DNA from: an uncultured Sunxiuqinia sp.
Lineage (GTDB): Bacteria; Bacteroidota; Bacteroidia; Bacteroidales; Prolixibacteraceae
Direction of reading: 5' to 3'
Assembly (NCBI GenBank): GCA_963677175.2
Contig: CAXXES010000001.1
Span: 946,444 to 1,010,443, forward strand
Length of the DNA stretch: 64,000 nt
In this document: positions 42,841-52,498 of the stretch, piece after piece
How the letters are laid out: every line of letters starts with the position of its first letter
Numbering within the stretch: position 1 is the stretch's first letter
The notes under the pieces: generated by a model
What the model was told of the DNA's origin: nothing
Databases searched by the model: none
The model's input: only the letters and a program-made list of their open reading frames with translations
Program-made: the position numbers and the translations under genes

Positions 42841-44313
42841 CTACAGGTTCGGATTCAGTAATAAGTCATGCTCAGGAATTGGGAACAGGTACTGATCTTC
42901 AGTAATTGTATTGCTAAATGGCTGATTGTCGCTGGCATCCCTGCGGGCAAAAACATCGGCAACAATTTCCAAACGAACCATATCAAACCAGCGTACACGC
43001 TCGCCACAAAGCTCCCATGCTCGTTCATCAACAACTGCATCTGCAAATGCATCGTTTGATAAGCCTGAAATATCAGATAATCCAGCCCTTTCCCGAATTA
43101 CATTTACACAATCGTATGCTAACGCATCAGGGCCACCCGAGCGTGCCTTTGCTTCAGCGTAAGTTAACAAGGTTTGTGTGTAACGTAACATAGGCATCGG
43201 AATAGATGAATTATAAGCGTAGTAGTTAGCTACGTTCGGATTCTTCATCAGCTTTTTAAAGTAAGGCCTTTTGTATTGAAGATCATGCCAAGTGAGTTCC
43301 ACTCCGTCCTGAGTAACAAAATCAGTTGCAAAAGTGGCTTCTTTTCTAACTCCTTCGGGAAATTCATTGTAAAATGTCAATTCAGAGAAAACAACATCCC
43401 AACCACCTAATTCACCAGGATAAGCCCAGTAACCGTACATTGCATTCGTTGTATTCCCTGCATTTTTATTGCAAGGGATTACAAATTCATGTTCCTGATT
43501 GATCCCAGATTTGGTCTCGTCGTTTTCGTACAATTCACCGAATGTTTCAACCAAACCGAAACCGTATTTTGCTTTGTTGTCGATTACTTCTTTGGCTTTA
43601 GCTGCTGCTGCTGCATATTTCGATTGATCTTTCAAAGGCCAACCTGCTTCATGCAAATAAACTTCAGCAAGTAACGCTTTAGCTGATCCTACACCAGGAC
43701 GGCCATCAGCACGCTTTGTATCGGACAACATGTTTTCTGCTTCAGCTAAGTCCGATTCAATCTGTGCATAAATATCAGCAATGCCAGACTTGCTAATTTC
43801 AAGTAACTCGGCAGAGAAGTTGGCGTCCAGGATCAGCGGTATCTCACCGTGGCAACGAACCAGCCAAAAATAGGCAAATGCCCTTATGAAATAGGCTTCA
43901 CCCGCAATAATCCTGATCGTGGCTTCGTCGCCTTTCGTTTTGTCATAATTCAAAATCACATTATTGGCACCCTGGATCGCTTTGTAACACCCCCAAAATA
44001 CAGTAGGAGCACTGGTATTGGTTGCCTTAACTCCCAGACGGTCATATTCTTGTGTATTCCCGGTTCCGGGGGGACAGGTTAAATCGTCGCCACCCAAGGT
44101 CATTTCAGTTGCCCAACCATTATTAAAACCATAGGTCCAGGTATTGGCAAATCCACGATAAGCACCAGTTAGAGCCGATTCAAGGCCAACCTGAGATGTT
44201 AAAATATCCTCCCCTAACACCTGTCCTCTTAAGTCTTCTTCCAGAAAATCGGAACATCCGGTAAAAAAAAGCATGGATGCAATAGAAAGTTTTATATAGA
44301 TTGTCTTTTTCAT
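42841..44313 (-). CDS. SusD/RagB-family lipoprotein (PUL3)
   Basis: Lipobox FFTGCS. C-terminal YLFPIPEHDLLLNPNL. 21 nt downstream of SusC. Confidence 0.9.
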   Translation of the reverse strand: MKKTIYIKLSIASMLFFTGCSDFLEEDLRGQVLGEDILTSQVGLESALTGAYRGFANTWTYGFNNGWATEMTLGGDDLTCPPGTGNTQEYDRLGVKATNTSAPTVFWGCYKAIQGANNVILNYDKTKGDEATIRIIAGEAYFIRAFAYFWLVRCHGEIPLILDANFSAELLEISKSGIADIYAQIESDLAEAENMLSDTKRADGRPGVGSAKALLAEVYLHEAGWPLKDQSKYAAAAAKAKEVIDNKAKYGFGLVETFGELYENDETKSGINQEHEFVIPCNKNAGNTTNAMYGYWAYPGELGGWDVVFSELTFYNEFPEGVRKEATFATDFVTQDGVELTWHDLQYKRPYFKKLMKNPNVANYYAYNSSIPMPMLRYTQTLLTYAEAKARSGGPDALAYDCVNVIRERAGLSDISGLSNDAFADAVVDERAWELCGERVRWFDMVRLEIVADVFARRDASDNQPFSNTITEDQYLFPIPEHDLLLNPNL

Positions 44314-44334
44314 TTCTGTTTATTTTTTGAATGG

Positions 44335-47300
44335 TTAAAAGGTAAAATCGACGCCGAGAGTAAATGTCTTAGCATTTGGGTATGAGCCATAATCAAGACT
44401 CTGATTAATATCTGATCCGCCCCCTCCGACGTTGCTCGATTCAGGATCAATGCCTTTGTAGTTTGTAAAAGTCAATAAGTTGGTTCCGCTGACATACACT
44501 TTCACATTGGTGAAGTTCCTCATTTTAAAATTATAGCCAATACTTAGGTTTTTTAATCTGACATAGCCTGCATCCTCAAGGAACATTGTCGATTGAGGCT
44601 GAATAACGCTTGAATTGCTGAATGCAGGTAAGTACGCATCTTCATTAACACCGGGTATATAACGGTCTTTGATTTCGGCAAGTGTAGCCTGACGCGCATC
44701 TCTTTGCCCCATCAGGTGTACCGCACGGGTGTAGTTTTGTTTGTCGATCCCGAATACCCCTTGAAAAAAGGTGTTAAAAACAAAGTTTTTATACTTTACT
44801 GTGTTATTCCAGCCCAGGGTCGTTGAAGGTAGACCACAACCTATAATCTGATAATCATCGCCGTCGATTACAAAGTTTCCGTCAAGATCTTCATATCGGG
44901 CATCACCAGGAACCTGTTCATATTTAGCTGCCTCAGCAGCTTCGTCAGGACGCCACGGACCGAGGTAGTTCAAGCCCCAGAATGAACCCAGTGGTTCGCC
45001 AACTGCGTAAATAAATTCAGGCTGCCCGTTAAATCCATTAAGGTCTGGAGAAGAGAAAATCCTCGTTTCTTCGCCGAGATTTTTGACGGTATTCTTAACT
45101 TTCGAGATATTCAGGTCACTTTCCCAGGAAAGATCATTCGTGGAAATAATTGTCCCGCCAATGCTGAAGTCAAAACCCTGATTTCTGATTTTACCGATAT
45201 TGGAAGTAAGACTTCCTCCACCAACATAGTATGGTACTGATTGATTAAGAAGAAGATCTCGTGTATCTTTACGAAAGTAATCAAATTCGAGGTTCAATCT
45301 ACCATTAAAGAAGCCAGCTTCAAAACCAATGTCTTTTTGTTCGGTGGTTTCCCATTTCAAATCGGAATTTCCAGGATTCCCGATCTGAATACCACTGGTG
45401 CGGTCCCCGGTTGTAAATGCATAGTAGATATTCGTGTTGTATGTCGACCATGTTGCATACGGTGCAATAGCCTGACTGCCCGTTAACCCCCAACTACCTC
45501 TTACTTTCAGTTTACTAAAAAGCCCAAGGTTGGAAATAAATGGTTCGTTTCCTGCATTCCATGCAACTGCTGCAGATGGGAAGGTACTGTATTTGTTTCC
45601 ATCAGCAAATTTCGATGAACCGTCGTGTCTGACTGAAACCGAAAACAGGTATTTATTCATCAGTGAATAATTTACACGACCGAGATAGGACAATAAAGTC
45701 CATTTAGTGTATCCTGAACCGATGTTATACGATTCAGCCTGTGCCAGGTTATCATATTTCAATTCTGCAAATTTCAGTTTTGACGCCGCTGCATCTGTAT
45801 AGTTGTACTGATATTCCTGAGTTTCTATTGCAACCACAGCATTGATACGATGTTTTTCATTGATATCTTTAATATAGGATAATTGACTTGTGGTTTGCAG
45901 GTTTACCGATTTACTGTTGGTTATCGAAGCACTAGGACTATAGTTCGATGCGTAATTCCCGCTAAAAGTTTTTCCAGTACGAAACGACATGTCAGCACCG
46001 GCCTGAAGATCTATCGCAAGTCCATCGATAATTTCATACCTAATACCACCAACAAGGTTTGCAAAAGTCCTTTCGTTTCTATTTTCAGTGTCATAAATTA
46101 TCGCCAGAGGGTTTGTTTTGATTGATCCAACCGGATCGCTTAGCCTGTAGCCTCCTTCGCCGTCATAAGGGTGCGTGGTTGGAGCCCACGCCAAAGCCTG
46201 TACTACCGGAGTCCCGGAACCTGTGCGGGCTTGTGTATTCAAACTTGTCATTGTCGATCCGTTTATATTAAACCTGAATGACAATTTATCGTTATAAGTT
46301 GATACAATATTGGTACGGAAGTTGATTCTCTCGTAACCTGAATTCTCAATTATACCTTCCTGATCAAGATAGTTGGCTGAAATACGATACTGCGTTTTTT
46401 CGGTACCTCCTGCAACGCTTAGCTGGTGCTGCGTTGAAATTGCTTCGCGGAAAATAGCATCCTGATAATCGAAACCGCCTGCTTGTCTATATTCGTCGAT
46501 TTCGGCCTGGGTAAAATATGGATCCAAACCAAGCGCCAGGTTCTTGGCATTAACCGTTTCTGCAAAATCTGAAGCCGATAAAACATCGTATTCTTTAATA
46601 ACCGTTGAAAGAGAGACGTTTCCCTGATAATCAACCGTTATTTTGCCACTTTTATTACCGGTTTTTGTCGTAATAAGGATGACTCCATTAGCGCCACGGC
46701 TACCGTAAATAGCTGTTGAAGCTGCATCTTTTAAAACTTCAACCGACTTAATATCGTTCGGGTTGAGCATGTTGTAGTCAACGCCCACAAAACCATCCAC
46801 AACAAATAGAGGGCTATTGTCTCCAAGTACAGAGTTCGCACCTCTGATTCGGATACGTACATCGCCACCAGGTGCCCCGACAGTATTTGATATCTGTACA
46901 CCTGAAGCACGTCCCTGCAAAACCTGATCAACACGCGTTACGTTTTGTTCTGCAAACTGCTCGCTACTTACTGATGATAACGAACCTGTAAGGTCTGATT
47001 TTTTAATAACACCGTACCCGATCGCTACCACCTCTTCAATACCAATGGCATCTTCTTCCATTTGAATGTCGATCGTGGATTGATTTCCTACGGCAATTTC
47101 CTGCGTTTTCATCCCCACAAAAGAAAATACCAACGTCCCATCGCCAGGAACATTGAGAAGCGTATAAACGCCGTCTCCATCGGTAATGGTCCCATGGGCT
47201 GTGCCCTTGACAGCCACCGTAAGCCCGGGGAGCGGCATCCCGGAAGAGTCGGTGACCTTACCGGTAACCACGCCGGATTGCTGGGCGCGCCCGGGAATTG

Positions 47301-47664
47301 ACTCAGGACGGATAATGATTAAATTTCTGTCCGTAATTACATAATCAACACGTTGATCTGAAAAAATTTCATCCAGAAAAAATTCAATTGACTTTTGGTT
47401 GGCCCTGACGGAGACCTTCTTGTCGATATCCAGCAATTCATTTTGAAGGAGAAACTTGTAATTACTCTGTTTTTCAATTTGATTGAGAACTTCACGAATG
47501 GTGGCATTCTCAAAGCTCAGGGACAATTTCGTTTGTTGCGAGTAAACGCTTGCCGAAACATGCACTGTCATCATCAAAATAAGAAGCGAAACTAACCGCA
47601 TGATTACCAAGATTTTTTTAAACGGAGGACTTCCTAAAACCCCCTGGTTTAGTTTTTTTTTCAT
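44335..47664 (-). CDS. SusC/RagA-family TonB-dependent transporter with STN domain (PUL3)
   Basis: TKLSLSFENATIREVLNQIEKQSNYKFL (STN), GKVTDSSGMPLPGLTVAVKGTAHGTITDGDGVY, LVFSFVGMKTQEI, SPLFVVDG plug, terminal ..GVDFTF. Confidence 0.9.
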   Translation of the reverse strand: MKKKLNQGVLGSPPFKKILVIMRLVSLLILMMTVHVSASVYSQQTKLSLSFENATIREVLNQIEKQSNYKFLLQNELLDIDKKVSVRANQKSIEFFLDEIFSDQRVDYVITDRNLIIIRPESIPGRAQQSGVVTGKVTDSSGMPLPGLTVAVKGTAHGTITDGDGVYTLLNVPGDGTLVFSFVGMKTQEIAVGNQSTIDIQMEEDAIGIEEVVAIGYGVIKKSDLTGSLSSVSSEQFAEQNVTRVDQVLQGRASGVQISNTVGAPGGDVRIRIRGANSVLGDNSPLFVVDGFVGVDYNMLNPNDIKSVEVLKDAASTAIYGSRGANGVILITTKTGNKSGKITVDYQGNVSLSTVIKEYDVLSASDFAETVNAKNLALGLDPYFTQAEIDEYRQAGGFDYQDAIFREAISTQHQLSVAGGTEKTQYRISANYLDQEGIIENSGYERINFRTNIVSTYNDKLSFRFNINGSTMTSLNTQARTGSGTPVVQALAWAPTTHPYDGEGGYRLSDPVGSIKTNPLAIIYDTENRNERTFANLVGGIRYEIIDGLAIDLQAGADMSFRTGKTFSGNYASNYSPSASITNSKSVNLQTTSQLSYIKDINEKHRINAVVAIETQEYQYNYTDAAASKLKFAELKYDNLAQAESYNIGSGYTKWTLLSYLGRVNYSLMNKYLFSVSVRHDGSSKFADGNKYSTFPSAAVAWNAGNEPFISNLGLFSKLKVRGSWGLTGSQAIAPYATWSTYNTNIYYAFTTGDRTSGIQIGNPGNSDLKWETTEQKDIGFEAGFFNGRLNLEFDYFRKDTRDLLLNQSVPYYVGGGSLTSNIGKIRNQGFDFSIGGTIISTNDLSWESDLNISKVKNTVKNLGEETRIFSSPDLNGFNGQPEFIYAVGEPLGSFWGLNYLGPWRPDEAAEAAKYEQVPGDARYEDLDGNFVIDGDDYQIIGCGLPSTTLGWNNTVKYKNFVFNTFFQGVFGIDKQNYTRAVHLMGQRDARQATLAEIKDRYIPGVNEDAYLPAFSNSSVIQPQSTMFLEDAGYVRLKNLSIGYNFKMRNFTNVKVYVSGTNLLTFTNYKGIDPESSNVGGGGSDINQSLDYGSYPNAKTFTLGVDFTF

Positions 47665-47757
47665 AATTTTGTATCGTTTAATTATTAAATATTCTAATGC
47701 TTTGCATTAGGGTTTTAGCAACCGCCAGGACTCTCACCTCCCGACGGTTGTTTTTTT
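47664..47757 (+). ncRNA. candidate cis-antisense sRNA (DonS-like), PUL3 junction; span includes the -7 box
   Basis: Plus strand: TAATTTTG (47664-47671) overlapping the complement of the SusC ATG, hairpin ctaatgc-ttt-gcattag (47694-47710), interrupted GC stem caaccgcc...cgacggttg (47719-47750), T7 (47751-47757). Confidence 0.4.
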
Positions 47758-47812
47758 ATTGATTCAATTGATTATTCTCTCATCGGTGCTTATTGTAAAA
47801 TTAAGTTTGTTG

Positions 47813-48781
47813 CTAGCGAATAATCTGGTAGTGATTTCCTTTTTTCTGAAAGCTCAAATCACTGGCCGTTGAAATCGCCTGCAGGATTTCTTCCAGGCTT
47901 TCGTTGCCAAAAACCCCTGTATAATGAATTTCACTTCCAATCGTTGCCGGGGTAAATCCGATCGTTACATTGTATTGCCGTTCCAGCTTGCGGGCCAGAA
48001 TCTCAATGGGTTCGTTATGCAAGTAGATTTTGCTTTCCCGCCAACCCGAGTATTCTCCCGGATCAACTTTCCTGGTTTTCATCCGGGAAGTAGATTTATC
48101 ATAGATGGCCAATTCGCCCGGTTGGATAAAATGTTCTTTTGATTTCTTATGCTGAATACTGACTTTGCCGCTTTCCAAGCAAGTTTGAATGACCGGATCA
48201 TCGGCATAAGCTGACACATTGAATTTTGTGCCGTAGACTTTTATGCTTAAATCATTTACATGGACAATAAAAGGCTTCTCAGCTTTCTCCACGTCAAAAA
48301 ATCCCTCACCCTTCAAAAGAACTTCCCGCCGGGCCGTATTAAAATTTGAGTCGTACGTTAACTCGCTTTTAGCATTCAACCAAACCTTACTTCCATCAGG
48401 CAACCAAACCAGCGAACGGTTGCCCAGATCGGTTTGAAAATGAACTAGTTCGGCTAATTTTGATGGCCAGACTTGAAAATTCGTAAACGTGAATAAACCG
48501 AACATGATGATAATTCCCGCAGCAACACCTGAAACAGCTGTAAGGAATAACTTTCGCCGGAGCGTTCGCCTGCTTTGTATTTCTTTACCCATTTGATGGA
48601 AAGATCTTACGGCATCATGTTTTCGATATTTTTTTACGTTTGGCGATTCCATCCAGATCCGTTGTAATTTTTCAAATAGTTCCCGGTTATCTTTCTCCTC
48701 AATCCACTTCCGAAATTCGCTCTTTTCTTCGGGGGAAGCTGTATTGGATAAAATACCATATATGAGTTCAAACTTTTCCAT
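47813..48781 (-). CDS. FecR-family anti-sigma factor (PUL3)
   Basis: 322 aa. TM LFLTAVSGVAAGIIIMFGLFTF. VWLNAKSELTY, GEGFFDVEK. Confidence 0.88.
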   Translation of the reverse strand: MEKFELIYGILSNTASPEEKSEFRKWIEEKDNRELFEKLQRIWMESPNVKKYRKHDAVRSFHQMGKEIQSRRTLRRKLFLTAVSGVAAGIIIMFGLFTFTNFQVWPSKLAELVHFQTDLGNRSLVWLPDGSKVWLNAKSELTYDSNFNTARREVLLKGEGFFDVEKAEKPFIVHVNDLSIKVYGTKFNVSAYADDPVIQTCLESGKVSIQHKKSKEHFIQPGELAIYDKSTSRMKTRKVDPGEYSGWRESKIYLHNEPIEILARKLERQYNVTIGFTPATIGSEIHYTGVFGNESLEEILQAISTASDLSFQKKGNHYQIIR

Positions 48782-48852
48782 GGGTCTATTGTCACTTTAA
48801 CCTAATGACAGCTCCCAGGCAAAAAGGTCGTACGCGAACACGAAAAAAAAGA

Positions 48853-49428
48853 TCAAAAATATTCGGGATAGGTAGGTTGAAGGCAGTCTTTCAACAGCTT
48901 GAGGGCTTTTCCTATTTGTGCTTTCACGGTTTTTAACGTGATATTTAACGAACCGGCGATCATTTCCTGTTTTGCCCCATTAAAGCGGCTTTCAAGGAAA
49001 ACTTCTTTGCAGCGGGGTGGCAACTTTTCGATGCATTGGAAGAGATAATTTCGAAACTCCTCAGTTTCAATCTCCGATGAATCAACCAATTCATTTTGCT
49101 GGCCAGAAAAATAACGGATATGTTCCAACCGGATAGATTCGGCCTTTAACCTATTCAGCGATTGATTTTTAACAGCAGCAAAGAGATATGCTTTTATCGA
49201 ACCTGCAATAACCAACCTTTTTCGCCTTTCCCATATCTTAATAAAAACTTCCTGCACAATGTCGTCTGCCTGACCATATTCTTCAACATACCGGAGAGAA
49301 AAATTGCATAAAATGGTGTAGTAGCTTTCAAACAAAACCTGAAATGCCTCATAATCTCCACTTCGGATTTTCTCCAACAGTTGTCGATTATTGAATGGAT
49401 TCGTGGAATTTGTCTGCGCTTTTTGCAT
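48853..49428 (-). CDS. ECF sigma factor (PUL3)
   Basis: Start set at MQKAQTNS (191 aa, matching paralogue length). ADDIVQEVFIKIWERR (region 2), QEMIAGSLNITLKTVKAQIGKA (region 4). Confidence 0.85.
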   Translation of the reverse strand: MQKAQTNSTNPFNNRQLLEKIRSGDYEAFQVLFESYYTILCNFSLRYVEEYGQADDIVQEVFIKIWERRKRLVIAGSIKAYLFAAVKNQSLNRLKAESIRLEHIRYFSGQQNELVDSSEIETEEFRNYLFQCIEKLPPRCKEVFLESRFNGAKQEMIAGSLNITLKTVKAQIGKALKLLKDCLQPTYPEYF

Positions 49429-49542
49429 GCCCAAAAATAGAATATTAAAATGAAATTTCTCATCAATCCACGAACAGCAAAAATCCAAACCGCTGCCTGA
49501 ATTACACAAGTGGTTGTTTACAAGCCAATCTTCTGGACAAAA

Positions 49543-49580
49543 GAAAAAAACCGGCCGGGTAGAATCCCCGACCGGTTTTT
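49543..49580 (-). terminator. rho-independent terminator downstream of the EEP-family gene
   Basis: 9-bp GC stem ccggccggg / cccgaccgg (one mismatch) flanked by A8 (plus strand) = U-run on the minus strand. 45 nt after the stop at 49625. Confidence 0.7.
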
Positions 49581-49624
49581 GGTTTCTTTACTCGTCAGGC
49601 TTACGCCTGAAGTGTTCTCCATCG

Positions 49625-50488
49625 TTAGTTGATTACCACCTTGGCCACAACCGGCTGATGATCGGAAGGGTATTTCGCATCGTAACTATCCGTCAGCACT
49701 CCATATTTTTGCACTGAAAAATCATCTGAAACAAAAATGTAGTCAATACGCCGCTCCATGGGAGCATTAAAGTTGAAACTATTGAACGTCCCCACTGGTC
49801 CGTAAGAGGGCATTTTGCTCACCTCATAGGCATCGTTTAAAAACGATTTGATGGTGATGATCTGCTCCGTATCGGGCGTAGAGTTTAAGTCACCAAGAAA
49901 TAGGATCGGCGCATCTCCCGCGATTTCCTTCATCTTCTCAACGACCAGAATACCGGATTGCCGACGAGCCTCAACGGCTTGGTGATCGAAGTGCGCATTG
50001 AAAACGAAAAACATCTTTCCGGTCAGTTTATCGTTGAATTTTCCCCACGAACAAATCCGCCGATGCTTGGCTTCCCAACCATAGGAAGGTTCACCGGGCG
50101 TTTCACTCAACCAAAAATCACCATCGTCCAACAACTCAAACCGTGACTTTTTATAGAAGATCGCCGAGTGTTCTCCAGCCTGCTGGCCATCATCGCGCCC
50201 AACACCGGTAAACGCATACTCCGGCATTTCCGAAAGGTCATTCAATTGCCCGATCAGTCCTTCCTGGGTTCCAAAGATATCAAACTCGTGATAGCGGATC
50301 AGTGCTTTCACTTGCTCCTTCCTGTTGGGCCAAGCATTTTCACCATCATTGGGGGTGTTGTAACGAATGTTATAGGATGCCACAATTAAATCCGTCTCCG
50401 GACAAGCTGCTTCCGGAGCAGCTTGTCCGCCAGCGCACGCGACGATAACGAACAATGCATAAATTGATAATAAGAATCTAGACTTCAT
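49625..50488 (-). CDS. endonuclease/exonuclease/phosphatase (EEP) family lipoprotein
   Basis: Lipobox VIVACA. ASYNIRY, FGTQE, NAHFDH, LGDLNS and SDHQPV are the EEP catalytic motifs. Confidence 0.82.
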   Translation of the reverse strand: MKSRFLLSIYALFVIVACAGGQAAPEAACPETDLIVASYNIRYNTPNDGENAWPNRKEQVKALIRYHEFDIFGTQEGLIGQLNDLSEMPEYAFTGVGRDDGQQAGEHSAIFYKKSRFELLDDGDFWLSETPGEPSYGWEAKHRRICSWGKFNDKLTGKMFFVFNAHFDHQAVEARRQSGILVVEKMKEIAGDAPILFLGDLNSTPDTEQIITIKSFLNDAYEVSKMPSYGPVGTFNSFNFNAPMERRIDYIFVSDDFSVQKYGVLTDSYDAKYPSDHQPVVAKVVIN

Positions 50489-50690
50489 CTGCTTTTAGTT
50501 GATGGGAATGAATGTAAGTAGTGCGAATAATTTAGTGTCATGTTTCGAGTCTTTAACAATCTGTGATAAAAGCGAAACCGAAAATATCAAATAGGTCCGT
50601 GACCTTAAGTCCATTCATTCCGCTGTTTATTAATCGGCCAAACCAGCCATTCAAATTATTGACCTGTTAACAAAAATACAAACTTCATGC

Positions 50691-52466
50691 TTAATCCCAC
50701 CCTGGATTCTGTTCCAGATTTGGATTCATCAAAACATCTTCCTCCGGAATTGGGTAATAATAATTTCGATCGCTCCAAGCGCGGGGGATGTTGTCCAGCC
50801 AGGTTAACTCCCCGCTGGTGCCATTCGTCAAACGTTGGGGGTTCGGCTCACCATTAATGGTCGCTCCCACTTGCACAAACTCATATGAAACATCAGGTAG
50901 CGGATTTGGGACCTGTTCAACAAAGATCACATCGTCGATGCCATCTTCATTCAAATCCATCGGTACATTCAAAGCAGGCACATAAAATCCCCTCCAATTC
51001 ATTTTCATTAGCTCTCCCCGCTTCCAGCGAATCAGATCGTGCAACCGAAATCCTTCCATCACCAGCTCTATTCCCCGTTCTCTTCGGATCTCCAATAAGG
51101 CAGGATCATCAATATCGGGGAAATAGGTTGTTTGCAAATAGGTATCAACCTGGGTGGGCAGCTGATCAAGCCCCGATGTAATACCAGCCCGTGCTCTCAA
51201 CTCTCCAATAGTCATACTCCAATCCGAATCGCTTATGGTTCCCAGTTCCGCTTTGGCTTCGGCATAATTCAACAACACTTCAGCAAATCGAAAAATGGAT
51301 ACGGAGTTATCGTTGTAATCTCTCAAATCATAGTAGGTATCATCCAAAACCCACTTTATGGGCTGGTAACCCGTCAGCACATAGCCAAAAGTAGGAGGAG
51401 CCGGAATGGTCTGTCCGCCATGCACGCGTGTATAATCACCGAGCCTGATTGTTTGTTTCAGGCGTAAATCCCGGTTTTTTACTTCCTCCGGGAAAGTCAT
51501 TGTTTCATAGCCGGCCGCCGAGGTAAACGGTGTTCCATCCAGGTTCAAGTAGGTATTAACAAAATTTCTCGACAAACTGGACTTCACCCCGTAGGTTGGA
51601 CTGGTATATTTCCAGTTTGCCGCATGCAAGACGCCCAATTCCTGACTCATAACCACTGCCATCATCACTTCGGTATTCACGGGGTTCGTGCTTATAAACA
51701 AGTTACGGTAAGCCATATCCGCTTCCCCGGAAACATTCAGAGCATAACCCGAATGATCGATTACTTCTTTTGCAGCATCAGCTGCCTGTTGCAACCAAAA
51801 GTCAGCGGAAGACTGTAGTCCCAATTCCGTGTGGTATTTCCGGAACGTTCCCTCAAACAGACACAAGCGTGATTTGAGGGCGTAAGCGACCCACTTCGTG
51901 ACCATGCTGCTTGATGCATCATTCTCCTTGGTGATATGGGTGCAGGCATAATCGATATCAGCCAAAATGGAGTCCATCACCAGTGTTCTTGGGTCTCTTT
52001 CTGAATAAAGGAGTTCGGTATCATTAATGTCAGGAACGCGGCTAATCCAGGGAACGTCTCCAAAACGCTTCACTTTTTCGAAATAGAAAAAAGCCCTGAA
52101 AAAGCGGGCCAAACCAATGTAGTGCTCTCTCACTTCTGGTGCTATTGCTTCGTCCGTACAGTTTTCAATGAAAAAATTAATATTTCTCAAATCAGACCAG
52201 CTCCATCCTGATGCCTGGCTTGGGCCATAACTATTGGTCAAAAACTGGTTGATCGAGTTGCTGGCAATAAAATCAGACATGTCATCTCCCAGGTAAATAT
52301 CCTGAGCTGACGGAAGAATATTATAAAATGAATTTGAATACAGTTCAAGTCCTGCCTCCGTTTTAAATACAGGTTCTTTGGAAACCTCGGCCTGTGGAAG
52401 TTCCTCCATTTCGCATGAAGCCAGCAGCAACGCCAACAGGGCCAAATATAGATTGAAATATTTCAT
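50691..52466 (-). CDS. SusD/RagB-family lipoprotein (PUL4)
   Basis: Lipobox LLASCE. C-terminal YYYPIPEEDVLMNPNLEQNPGWD. Confidence 0.9.
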   Translation of the reverse strand: MKYFNLYLALLALLLASCEMEELPQAEVSKEPVFKTEAGLELYSNSFYNILPSAQDIYLGDDMSDFIASNSINQFLTNSYGPSQASGWSWSDLRNINFFIENCTDEAIAPEVREHYIGLARFFRAFFYFEKVKRFGDVPWISRVPDINDTELLYSERDPRTLVMDSILADIDYACTHITKENDASSSMVTKWVAYALKSRLCLFEGTFRKYHTELGLQSSADFWLQQAADAAKEVIDHSGYALNVSGEADMAYRNLFISTNPVNTEVMMAVVMSQELGVLHAANWKYTSPTYGVKSSLSRNFVNTYLNLDGTPFTSAAGYETMTFPEEVKNRDLRLKQTIRLGDYTRVHGGQTIPAPPTFGYVLTGYQPIKWVLDDTYYDLRDYNDNSVSIFRFAEVLLNYAEAKAELGTISDSDWSMTIGELRARAGITSGLDQLPTQVDTYLQTTYFPDIDDPALLEIRRERGIELVMEGFRLHDLIRWKRGELMKMNWRGFYVPALNVPMDLNEDGIDDVIFVEQVPNPLPDVSYEFVQVGATINGEPNPQRLTNGTSGELTWLDNIPRAWSDRNYYYPIPEEDVLMNPNLEQNPGWD

Positions 52467-52498
52467 AGCGTGATAATTATTTTACATTATTTATTATA

